Position numbers and translations under genes: made by a program. From Tubiluchus corallicola (lineage: Eukaryota > Animalia > Priapulida), in contig JAQGDQ010000026.1 in NCBI GenBank assembly GCA_030141605.1, positions 992,001 through 1,056,000 on the forward strand: a stretch of 64,000 bases of DNA. Reading direction: 5' to 3'. The notes under the pieces were generated by a model. That model was not told the DNA's origin. It saw only the letters and a list, made by a program, of their open reading frames with translations, and searched no databases. Below, piece by piece: positions 35,358 to 47,648 of this stretch; within the stretch, counting starts at the first letter, position 1; every line of letters begins with the position of its first letter.

Positions 35358-38300
35358 GTAAGTATGGAAGTAATCTACGACTGACTGGCTAAGTTAATTT
35401 ATCAAAACTGTTATAATATTTGCTAAATAAATTTTATGTTAAATGTAAGCTTAAGCATTGAGTATTACTACAACTCATAATTGAATAAACCTGGCCTGTC
35501 TGCCATCAAACTTCCCGCATACTATTTATTAATTTTAGGCTAAACAGGCAATCTTAATAGGATAATTTTTCATTCAATTACACAGCTGATTTTAATTATT
35601 AAAGCCTGTTCAGTATTTTGTGCAGTAGCTTTGTCAGATTAATCATTGTCTACATGCCACCTAAACTTTGTTCAACTTTCTTTAGTGGGTGTAAGAAAAG
35701 TTTATCCGCATGGATTTCTGTCATTACGGGATGTTCGAAACGCAAATCCACATGTTCATTTTGGTGGTAAATGGAAACCGACATCTTGTTTTGCTCGACA
35801 AAAGGTTTCATTTGTTGTATTTTTTAATGTAGGTTACAGTAAATAAGGTGGTTAGTTATTTTTCTTTTTGTCTTGCATTGTGTTGACCAGTTTGTTATTA
35901 AAGGGGGAATATCATGAAAATCAAGTTAAACTTATTTTATAGTTGCCTTCTCCCTGGACTTCTTGGCAAAATTTTTTTAGCAGTACATTACCTGAGTAAT
36001 TAACTTTTTTTATATCTTGTGGGAAACGCCATGGAGCTGCATTTACGCCTCTTCCGGTGAAAAAATTTAACTAGCGCAGCTCTGCTGGTGACGTAGCAGA
36101 GTGTACTTGCAGCTTGTTGTGATACTGTCATACCCAACTGTGCTAAAAATAAAGCTGTTATTACTACATTACCGTATTTGACCTTGAGTCGGATAGGTAG
36201 TCAGCTGATAGAAACAATTGTCGTTGCGCTCATTCACACGTTTTCATCAAATTCTGCAAAGACGATATATTTTACTACCGCCGAAAGTTATAGGTCCATT
36301 GTAGATAGATGGTAAACAATCATTGTGCAAGACCTACGGCATATTGTGAAAATTCTTGTAGCATTAATTGAAAACACTGTCTGCAATACAAGCTACAAAA
36401 GTGTGGGTCTTGGTAATAAATATTTTTTTCTTGTAAAACAAGTCCCATAAAATAACTTCATTCTGTTAGAAAAATTAATGAATTTGCGAACACAGAAACT
36501 CACTGAAGCATAATTATAATGTTAGTGTGACAATTTTTAGCGACAGCTTCATTTTATCAGCCTTGACAAAAAATATGTGAACCACATGGACACAGAGACT
36601 ATAACATATTAGTTGTAGAATTAGTGATTAAACATAATGAACATTTTTAACTTTGTTTCAGTCAATAAAATCAGTAAAACTTTTAATATCAACCAGAACT
36701 TTAACTGTTGTTTGTTAGCTTTTGTTTTTACATGATAACAACATGTTGTGTTCATTTTTACAGAGTAGTATTATTAAAATATTAGGATTAAATAAAATTC
36801 TTGTGGTCAGTTGGACTGAAATAAAACTTAATGATAATAATACATTTGTTATTAACATATTATTATCCACTTTTTACAAAATAAAAAAGTAACCGTATAA
36901 TGTGGTTCGATGACAAAATAATTATTTATTGTGTTATTTAAAGCAAGGTTATTCTGACACTCATTCTATTACAAAGTTGAAAAAAGTATATATAGTATAA
37001 AATAATTTAGTACAATGCTCTTTCTGCTACACAAATTACCAGATATAGTGAGCTCATTGTTTATGGTGTAACGATTAACAATTTACAGTTGTCAATTTAC
37101 GATTTACAGTGTCTTTTTCTTTAGTTAATATTCAAAATTCAGGCAGAGAAAACATCATAAATAAAATTTTAGCGCAAAAAATTGCATTACGTAATGTGAT
37201 TATGTGATTTTTTTTATTGAAATGGATACAAATCTCGAGGTGACTAAACTGCATCGATAAACAATGCACTTGGGCTTAAAATGAAACAAATCAACACTAC
37301 CAAAAACTGCATCTGACTAAATCTGTGCGAAGTGTAAGCACTGTATTTTTACACTAGAGGTCATAATGTTCTAAACTCGCGTTTCAAAGCAAACAGTCGA
37401 TAAATTATCACACATAGATCAAGTGATGGCAGTTTGTAGGCATGAATCCAGCTTTTTTAGATTGTGCTTTCATTGCTTCAATAATTTTCTGTTGCTCATT
37501 AGAAACAAAGTTAAAGTTTTTATATTTTGGCTTCGTATTATGACACTTTCCTTCTGACTGCTGCATCGATCGGCCCGTTTAAATTGCTGAATCCTAGTGT
37601 AACACGTTCCACGGCTGTTTTTCAATAAGAACAATCACGATGACCGAAACCAAGCAAATCAAGCATTCAATCCGCAATAGGCTAATCTTTAGCGATACCG
37701 TCATAAGGTATAATCTACGAAAAAAGTACTGTATGCTGACGCTGCTTGCTGGTGCAAACGAATACTCAAACAGTGCGTACAGCGTAGGCATTCTCCCTTT
37801 ATGATTTATACCAAGTTTCATTTGTAATACTCCAATTTTTGCCACTAGATGTGCAGGTGCAGGTCCATGCTTAATGGCGGCATAGTCAAATGTTCGTTTT
37901 GTATACAATTTTATCCGCACTTTTGCCAAGGATTCTTAAACATGAAATTTTCGTGAAGAATGAGGTACCTATTTGTATTCGGAATGTAGTCGCAAGTTAT
38001 TCAAGCTCAACTTGGTGATATTCCCCCTTTAAGATCTTCAGAATGTTGAAGCTGCAAGAAATTTGTGTCGTTATCTTTTTCATTTAACTATAAAATCTAA
38101 TTTTATGTGCATGTATGTGGATAATTAGTAGTAAAGGTTTGAGGTTCATTGTAATCAGACTTTCACCTTGCCCCAGCATTAATTGAAAAAAAACAGTGTT
38201 CATGTGTGAGTTAGGACATTATAGCAGAATTACTTGTAACGCATTGAAGTACTGTAACTGCTGATTATTACTTGACTTTCTGTAGTGGCATCTTGTGGAT

Positions 38301-41300
38301 TTACTGAAGTTCTTGTTTCACTACAGCATAGGGCAAAAAATGCCAATATTATTTAATAATTACCTAGTAAAAATAGTCGATAACTAGTAAAACTCCAACT
38401 GTCAGAAACGACATATAGATTATTGTATCCTTCAGTTTTTTGTTCCTCGTATCTTAGTTTTTAAGAGGGAATTCACATTATTTCAGCATATTGGGCAATA
38501 ACTGATTTTTTTTAACTGTCTTCGTGTTGTCACTTTCTTTAAGCAGAGTAAACAAATCTGTTTGCATTAGTTGTTGTACCTACCTATAAAGAAAGAGGTA
38601 AGGTGATAACTTAATTCCTTCATTTCTTTAGGTGGCAGTAATCATACCATACAGGGATAGATGGCAGCACTTGTGTTTATTGCTCAAATATTTGCATACT
38701 ATCATGATGAATCAGCAACTTGACTATCAAGTTATTGTGGTGGAGCAGGTAAATTTTCTGTTTCAGTGCATGTAGATTTGAATACCTTGACATTTCATGG
38801 AATAAAAATATCAAAATAAAAAGTAAAAAAAAAATCATTGATTTACAAAATTGCAGAATTTGGACAGGATCTATAATTTATAGAGCTACTTTAAGGTTAA
38901 TTTATAAATTTGCTTTTGTTGTTATAGCTTTATCAACTAACGATAGAAAGATTATCTGGCCAGATTTGGATTCGTATGTTAACCAACTCGAATCATCTTC
39001 GAAACTGAAATTGCTCAACTCCAGAAAAGCAATATGTGTGAAATTTCTTCTGTCCGTTATGCATTTTTTCAATCAATTTTTCAATTTTTTTGTTATAAAA
39101 GTATATTTGGAGCATTACTTCTTTAGATAATTCTCAGGTAAGCTAGGTGGTGAGCAGACTCAAGATTGTTAAAATTCAGGTCTGAGAGTCCTATTTTGTG
39201 GCCTTTGAACAGTTTTGTTTTTGCAGGCAGGTACAAAGGCTTTCAATAAAGGTCGAATCATGAACGTTGCATTTGACGAGAGCTTAAAGTTGGAAAAGTT
39301 CGACTGTTTTGTCTTTCATGATGTCGACTTAATTCCTGAGAATGATTACAACTTATACTCTTGTGGTGAACAGCCAAAGCATCTTTCTCCTGCTGTGGAT
39401 GAAATGAGATACACGTTTGTATTAAATTATTTGCTAAGCATTCATTTGAAAAGACAACATTTGGTAGCTAGATGGGTTTTATATTTCATCCTACTAGCAG
39501 AATATTTTTTCTGTATTTATGTTGTTACTGGATGCCATTGCATTTTCTCATGACAATCTAATATCGTGTTTAGTGGTGTCATTTCCACGATAGACCTCAA
39601 TGCACGGGCTACCAACTTGAATGTAATCGCTTGCCAATTAGGTGACATTCGTCATGTAATCCATACAGACCTCAATGTAATCCGATGCAGCGTTAATGAC
39701 TTTCTACTCTATCACCTTCCTACTGCCTCTTCAACCTGAAGGCGGAATGCTTTTTGACAGACAACTCCTTTGAGCTGTCAATGTTTTACCGGAACGAAAC
39801 AAATTTCGAACTGCAACAGCACAAAGTCGTGGACTTCAGAGTTTCAATCATGTCGCTTCGTCTCTGGCATCAATTAGCATACTGAACTTTGTTCTGCTCA
39901 AGAATTTCCTTAAAATGCCAACTATCGACATTGCACTACACAAACTGAAGACAGCTGTTACACACTAAAAGCAACTCTTACTCACCGATGACATACTTTA
40001 CACATGTTAATACTGACTTTACAGAACATAGAGCAGGGACACTGGTGACATCTCATTATTACTGGTGTCATCATCACCATACTCGTTGAACTGATCTACT
40101 TCAACCACAAACCAAACTTTATGCTCCACATTTCCGGATGCATGGTAGCTACACGACACGATGCCCACAAACCTCTTCACCACGTCAACCCTTCACCACT
40201 TGCTCCACAACCACGTTAGACCCACTTGCAACCATGGAGTCAAAACCACTCTTCAGCCTTCCTCCACGGAGCACCTCCCTCGTTGATACCTCAAGTACTT
40301 CTGTCAATTAAAATGCAAATTGTTTATTGTCTTTAACTGCATTTGGGCCTAGAGATCTGGAGCGTGTTACTCATCCTTAGTGCTGGATCAATGTGCTATC
40401 AATATAAGGAAACCTATGAATTGTATATCATGGTTCCAGAAGCAGTTTAAACCATATTGGATTAGTATACCCTATGAAATATTGATAACATACTGACACA
40501 ATGTGTAATATTATTGATGCGTACAACTTAGTTAGTATCATGCCTCTCCATTTCAGTGTGTTTAATGTGTAAACCTTTTGCACTTCTTCACCATGGGGAA
40601 GAAAGGAGAGAGAGCCTAACCATATATGAACCATTTATATAAGCAGTTCTATATTGGTTACTTATATAGATGGATATGTACCAGCAACTTATTATTAACC
40701 AACTGTTATCTTTTGTATTGTCTTTTGTAGATTTAGTCATATGCCAATGATTATTTTTAATTTCAATTTCATTAATTTTAATTTCAATTATCTTGCAATT
40801 CAATTGTCACTTAATCTTTTGACTCATCGTATCTATGCAACATCATCATGTAACGGTCAGCATGTACCAGGATGCACTTGTCTTGTCTGCTGGATGCAGT
40901 GCTGTCTCACAGGATGGTCCGAGGCTTAATGTGGGATTAAGTGTAACTGGACACCATTCCATTTTCTCATAACAATCCTTAGCTTCTCATAACAACGACG
41001 TTAATAACATCCTGGTAATCAACCTCTAACCATACTGTGAGTCAGAACCTCAGTATGGCTCCTGGCGCCGACAAGCACAGTTCATTAGTGAATATTAGTC
41101 TGCTTGTGTATATGGTTCATACTCATCTTGCCCATGTTGTTACATGCATAATAAAAGGTTTCTCTGAAACCATACTTACTAGTTTTGGGTTAGTGTTTAT
41201 CGTTGTTACAATATTGGTTCTCAAGATTGCTAATGTGGCAAAGTCGGTCATTATCCAGTCTTCAAAGCTTAAAAAAGGCAATTTCGATCAAGTAAAAGTA

Positions 41301-42413
41301 AACTAGTAGTAAAAGTGTATGTCTGGTTTTACTGGTTCTGGATCTATCAGCTCACAAATATAGATCTTTATTTCCTTTCTATTATAGTTCTAACATTAGT
41401 GCTCCTTATTGACGGTACAAACCCACAATTAAATGGATTTTGATAAGATTGTAACTAACTATTACGTGCTGCATACTTTTAGCGATCGTGGAAGAGCAGT
41501 GTTGCTATTGTTGTAACAGAACTGATATTTTTATGTGATCAATCGACCATATAATGCATAAAGTAAAATGTATAAAAATGTATTACTGACTATCTTATGA
41601 TATCTCATTCATTTGATTCCCATTTTGATGTCTTTGTACAAATGATACCAACTGTTCTTTTACTTCTACAAACCTGCACCAGCTTTCTGTTTTTCTGCTT
41701 GTCAGTTTTTAATATAATTACTCTATACAATAACAGTGTTATAAAATTAATGTTGTAATCATCTGTTAAAATTATTTTTTATGCCTGACAGGTTGATGTA
41801 CAAGAGACTCGTCGGTGGAGTGCTAGCATTAAGTCGTGCTCACTTTATTCAGGTCAACGGTTTCTCAAATCTCTACTGGGGTTGGGGTGGAGAAGATGAT
41901 GATATGAGTAAGAGGTATTTCGCACTTATTGTAGCTATGTAAAAGCTGTAATTATTAACTCCTTTAAAATAATAAGTTTGAGATCTTATTTATCTTTTTA
42001 TTCTTAAAGTTATTGTTAACTTGTTGTTATGGTGCATTTCAATGAATTAGACACAAGTGTCAATAGTTATTTATATAAAACTGTAATGTTTATTAATATT
42101 ACTATTGTATTACAGGATAGTGGATGCTGGTCTGTTGATAACTAGACCCCGGTTGCTTGTGGGTCGATACAAAATGGTGCATCACATCAAGCGCATCAGG
42201 TCCGAAATCCGTATGAATTTACTGGCACGGTGGAGACGATGGCGTCGAGATGGGCTTAACATGTTACGAAAACTCAACTACTCAGTGTTAGCAGTGAAAC
42301 AACACGATCTTTACTTAAATATTACCGTCGATGTTGGTGATCCACCTTCTCCCAAAGAACAGCTGTCCAATTTAGGTTACACTGAGTCGATCAGCTGGAG
42401 CTGGTCTTGGTGA
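35144..42413 (+). CDS. GT7-family beta-1,4-galactosyl/N-acetylhexosaminyltransferase, B4GALT/bre-4-like paralogue A (6 coding exons, 352 aa)
   Basis: Exons 35144-35357, 35686-35804, 38632-38748, 39227-39414, 41792-41914, 42116-42413 join in phase (1059 nt). Type II signal anchor VLLILLVALVFYLI; motifs VAVIIPYRDR, FNKG, FHDVDLIPE, YKRLVGGV, NGFSNLYWGWGGEDDD, GRYKMVHH, DGLN. A 5'UTR acceptor lies at 34975/34976. Confidence 0.95.
35686..35804 (+). CDS. GT7 paralogue A coding exon 2
   Basis: NPHVHFGGKWKPTSCFARQK |gt. Confidence 0.92.
35902..38028. mobile_element. Kolobok-like non-autonomous DNA transposon in intron 2 of GT7 paralogue A
   Basis: Perfect 13-bp TIRs AGGGGGAATATCA / TGATATTCCCCCT flanked by TTAA on both sides (35898-35901, 38029-38032). 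Purine-purine termini with a TTAA TSD are the Kolobok pattern (piggyBac ends begin CC). Confidence 0.75.
38632..38748 (+). CDS. GT7 paralogue A coding exon 3
   Basis: VAVIIPYRDRWQHL...QQLDYQVIVVEQ |gtaa. Confidence 0.93.
39227..39414 (+). CDS. GT7 paralogue A coding exon 4
   Basis: AGTKAFNKGRIMN...FHDVDLIPEND...PKHLSPAVDEMRY. Confidence 0.94.
41792..41914 (+). CDS. GT7 paralogue A coding exon 5
   Basis: LMYKRLVGGV...WGWGGEDDDMSK. Confidence 0.94.
42116..42413 (+). CDS. GT7 paralogue A coding exon 6
   Basis: IVDAGLLITRP...GRYKMVHH...DGLN...ITVDVG...WSWSW*. Confidence 0.92.
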
Positions 42414-42837
42414 TAAATGTGCAATTTTAATACTCATCACCTTCATAAATTAAGTGAGTTAGCCATTTCAGGTATTAAGGTCAATATACAGCTATTAGCA
42501 TAATGAATTTGTTTTCCATGTGCAAAGCATATCTGTGATACTGAGCAATCTCGACACATGACCAATTCTGGTCAAATTAGTATTAATTTTTTCCTATGAT
42601 ATTACTGAGTGCTTTGTTTATGTGTAATAAAAATACAGTCTTTGCCTCTATAAGTATGGTATACTTTCGTTTATTTTCATATGATACATGTACTTGTATG
42701 TACATAATAACAAACAGGCACGGTAATACAGAGGAGAAAAAGCTGCTCTCAGCCAACTAAAAGCAACAGTAGCAGTACTGAATTTTAACATCACAGGATA
42801 TGACGTGTACATGCAAAAATCATGTTTAGCCCAAAAT

Positions 42838-42962
42838 ATTTTTGGAATTATCTTGCAATTTGAACTAATTCATCTCACCGTAAGGCTAGCGACAACACAA
42901 TTTTTTTGGAATTACCTTACAATTTAAACTAATTCAGCCTAGCATAAGGCTAGCAACAACAG
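42838..42962. repeat. ~65-bp tandem duplication
   Basis: TTTTTGGAATTA.CTT.CAATTT.AACTAATTCA...TAAGGCTAGC.ACAACA twice. Confidence 0.8.
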
Positions 42963-45900
42963 TACTATTAAATGCAGACACAAGTCTCGACTTCAAAGAT
43001 TGAAATTTGAATAATTTGGAAACTAAAAATATTTGTAAAAAAATAAAATAGCTTTTTTAAGATACTGACTCATGCCTTGCCCAAAGTTCTAGGATAGCAG
43101 TTACGAAATAGCAAGTTTCCTAGATACTAATAGTTTTTCATACATCAATACCAAAACTTCAAAATTTTTTGGTACTGTTTAAGCATTAACTGTGACCTAA
43201 GTGTGACTGCTGCTGTACACCTCCACTGCTAATAAACTGTAACCACGTTAATGTACATAATGGTTGACGAAACATTTTCAGAACTTCAGGTTGAGTAGTC
43301 TCAGTAAATAAACGTATTGAACCAAAAACTATACACTAACTGGATAAAACATTTGGCTAATTCAAACTGACGGCCCTAACGTACCAGACTATCAATAGTT
43401 CACTGAACGGAAAACTTTCACTGAACTAAAAAGTGGGAAAATAGAATAGCAACATACGTAACAACTAGACTGTTAACTAATTATAGTTAGTAAGAGTTTG
43501 TTTATGCGCTAACACTTGAACGTTTGGCAATAATAAGCATTAATATTACTGGTTGACTTAATTACAGTTACTATACAGCACTTAAAACAGTGAAACAACA
43601 TAAATTAAAAACCTTAAAACAAGAAACAATAACACTATTAGAATAATTATTACAAATAAAACGAAGATATTGCTCCTGCTGATTGTATAACACTATTGCT
43701 TGCATATAACAAGATTTTATTTTACATATTTAGGGAATGCAAACAACATACAATTTAAAAGACAACATTTAAATACAATTTTCAACATGCTAATTTCTTG
43801 TTAAATAGAGCCTATTTTAGGTGCACTACCTCATGATGATGTAATTTCACAGTAAGCTAGCATGATTAAGATTGCAGGTTTATGGCTAATATTTCTGCTC
43901 ATAGGAAGTAAAACTTCCAAAGACAACACAGGTGAATGAAACTCAGCATACTAGTTTAGTCAGTTCACTAATACTTGCCACAAATAATCAAACTTGAAAA
44001 AAAACAAACACTTAAAAGACAAACCAACACGTAAGATATCACAAAAAGAACACTGATAACAAATGAAATCTATACACGCCATCTAACACCAATGTCACCA
44101 TAGATGCATAATAGCGGCAAGCTTATCACAGACATTAAACTCTCGTGTCAACTACACATATATCTCTTTTGTACAAAACAAAATAGACCGGCAGAAATGC
44201 CTGGACGAACTTGCACTCAAAGCTTCAGTGGCATAACTATGCACCCGCAAGATTCTTGCAGCTGCAGGAGGTCATTGGTTGATGAAAACATAGGTTAAAA
44301 AGTAAAAAGGCCCTTGGTCATGAACTAGAGGACCAAGAGCACCAAAGCAATACATAATTATGTTTAACAGAACAGACACCTTTGCCAGCATGAAATTGTG
44401 AAGAAAAAATCTAAAGGCAAGTTATGAGAGTTTTATAGCTAATTTTGAAAACTGCAGCGCATCAGTAGGCCACAAAATTTTACTTTACCTTTCAATAATA
44501 GGTGCCCACTGAATTATTTCTCAGGGTGAGGGACCTCAAAGGTATCGCTACACTATTGCAAAGCTTCCAAAGTATGTTACCTACATAACGTTAATATGTA
44601 AAGAAAAATGACGACACTTACAAAATAGCTAAGCTGTAGTTATTAAAAATAACAGAATTAATAGAGTGTGAAATAAACGTTATGAACACACTGTGAGTTC
44701 TAAAATGAGTCGATAACAATAAAAATAAGCAAATATCAACCGATAATAAAATGTAACAGACAATACATATAATATAGATATTGCACCAGTATTTATCTTT
44801 GTAAAATTTTTTGTCAATGCAATCATACAGTTTACATTGAACTTGAAAAGTTAAAATGTTAATATAATAAAAACCCAATTATAAATATTAGTATAGTAAC
44901 TTTGGCATTTTCTAGTTTGTCATTACAAAGGTCTTGGTTATACATACCATGTGAAATACAGACCTTTCTTGTAGTAACTATAATCTTTAGTACAAGCTTA
45001 ATCAGTTTTTGGCAGAAATCTATCTTCATAATACATAGGTAACAAATATCATTTGGCAATACTTAAGAAAAATGTTCAAGAAGTACTGCAGTGAATGGCA
45101 GTACTATACATTTTCTGTAAAAGATTTGATAGCAAATGACACCTAGCGAACTATTTTAATTGGCACCATAAAATTTTGGGTATAGCTGTACAAGAGTGCT
45201 TTAACTCACACAAACAGTTCATGACAAAAATTATCATTTTTTAAACAGCTAAGCTTACTGACACATTTATGCCAAAATAAAATTAATAAAATAGACACTG
45301 TAAACGATCTATGCTATGTTCCGCACTGAACTACTACTAAACACCAGTAAAACTACTACAACCATAAAATTATAATATAATAATATTAAGCTTTGTATCT
45401 TTGGCAAAACCTAACTTTGGCATAAAATACTTATTGAAATAAACAGCAACGTATATGAAAAATTGAGGCAAGTGCTCTTTAAAAACTTTGGCATTATGCA
45501 TTGGAGAGGTTACGAAACCAATTTGACACAGAGTAAAAGAGATTCAAAATTTAAAACTCAAGAACTAAGAATTCTTAGCAGACTTGGGTTCAATAAAGTA
45601 CTTGTACTTGGTGCATGAATATCAGTTTTCATGTGTTTATACTTGAGTTTTATTTTTCAGTTGATCTGTACTGTACTGATCGAAATGTACTTGATTCTTC
45701 ACATACTTCAAACATTGTCATTTTGTAGTAATAATAAGTCAATGAAACATTTTTACATTCATTTTAGCTTACCATTATCAAATGCATGAAACTCAATAAC
45801 TCCACAGGCCTGAAAATTACTGAGTAAAGGGATGGTTATTCTGGACTTAAATTACTCTACATTTCTTATTTAGGTTCACTGTTTTTACACAATGCAAAAT

Positions 45901-47494
45901 ACCTTTCAGCTTGCACATTGGTAAATTTATGAATAATTAATGTCTGCTGTGATTTTAAGCATAATTTGCAGTTAGACGACATGCAGTTCTTGCAAACATT
46001 GTGATGCTCAGTTTCCCATTTTTAAAAACAACAACAACGAATCTTAGCAGAGTAGATTTCCCTAGTTATAAGTACTTCAATAAATTTTTATTAACTTTTG
46101 CATTCGTGAACTAGTACTTTATAAAAAATTTTATGGTTATATTTAACAGTCATTCCAGTACTTTGCCATTTGATAAAAATTACTCGAACCCAAGCCCTAT
46201 CCCTAAAGATTTTTAGAGAAGACATAGCGAAGGGTTCTTTGGTTCAATTCTCTATTCGTAACATTTGAATGGTGCCAAATCTTGTTATAAATATCTACTG
46301 ATAATATCAATTATTGGCAAGTTTAATAAAGAAAAAAATATTTTGTAAAATTCTACAAAGAACAGGATGAGATTCTTTACATAAATAAAAGGTGTCAAAT
46401 GCTGAATTATGCATTTCAGAGTTCATTAGTATTGGACACAGGTAAATATCAATTAACAGCAACTTTATTAAAATGAATGCAAGTTTTGTATAGGTCTCTG
46501 TGGCATTGATAAGTTGTAATTTGTGTTGGCTGTTTTTCAAAAATGCATCATCCATACAGCTAACTATTATTAAATGTTATATAGTTACGTTGTTTGCATT
46601 GGTGATCTAGTTTATGTAGCATGACTCCAATCACAGACCAGTTTCTACAAAGTAATTCTGTATCTTGTAACAGTGAAATTGGGGCAAAATCTTCATTGTT
46701 CTATAGACCGTAGTATAATGTCAATAGAGGCAGAGTGCAGAGATCAACTGCTAAATGTTTAACTTTCTAAAAACTTTGTCTTAGATTCAAAATGGTAATG
46801 TTTGTTTTGGAATAGAAATGCATTTGTCTCTTGCCAAAGCAAGCTAAATTATGGGAGGTTTTCCAATGATGATGACTTGTGCATTAAAAAAGATGAGTTA
46901 ATAAGATAAGAAACTGCCTGAAAGTTGCATTCTGACTCAGTAGTTGGGATGATATATGCAGCAGCAATAAGAATTTGACAGTATGTGAACCCCATGAGAT
47001 ACAAACACCCAACATGCAATGATAAAACCTTGATAAATATCACCCTGCATTTCATCAGTTACCAGAAATGGGGGCTTTATGTAGCACAAAATGCTCCACA
47101 TATCACAAGTAGGCTCCAACTCATTCAAGTGATATTATTTACAAGAGAAAATACTAATGCAAGCTCCGTCTCAAGGCTTATCCACACACTACTGCAGTTA
47201 TGTGGTCCTAAGAAATATTACATTGTAACATTTGGCCCAACAAAAAGCACCATTCAATAACAGAACAGCCAACAGTTAAATACAGATTAATTACAGATCG
47301 GATAATGAGATTCACAGAGTTAAACGAGACATCTTGGCAGGTGTTTTCAACTTCTGTCCCATGAGATTCAGGAAGTAAAAAAGAGATTCATCTGGAATGT
47401 TTTATACTTGTGAAACCATTTTTTGGGTTTGCATTGGCAGTGGAATGACGAAAAGAGCAGGACTGATAAATTAATGTCTAAATTTCTCGCATCC

Positions 47495-47648
47495 CTATCT
47501 ATTTGAGGCAAAAATTTGAGGTGGTTTTCCTACATCTATCATTAGATGGGTAAACAGTGCAAGTTCTCTAATCCATACCATATTATATTTTACGCTGTTG
47601 AGACCATCTAACTTGAAGCGTTTTACCCCTGTATAAAGCAGCTTGTAT
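47495..47648 (-). CDS. GT7 paralogue B last coding exon
   Basis: YKLLYTGVKRFKLDGLNSVKY...LFTHLMIDVGKPPQIFASNR*. Confidence 0.93.

Noticed and set aside
37594-37929. 111-aa minus ORF inside the Kolobok-like element
   Set aside because: No transposase motif recognisable; non-ATG start
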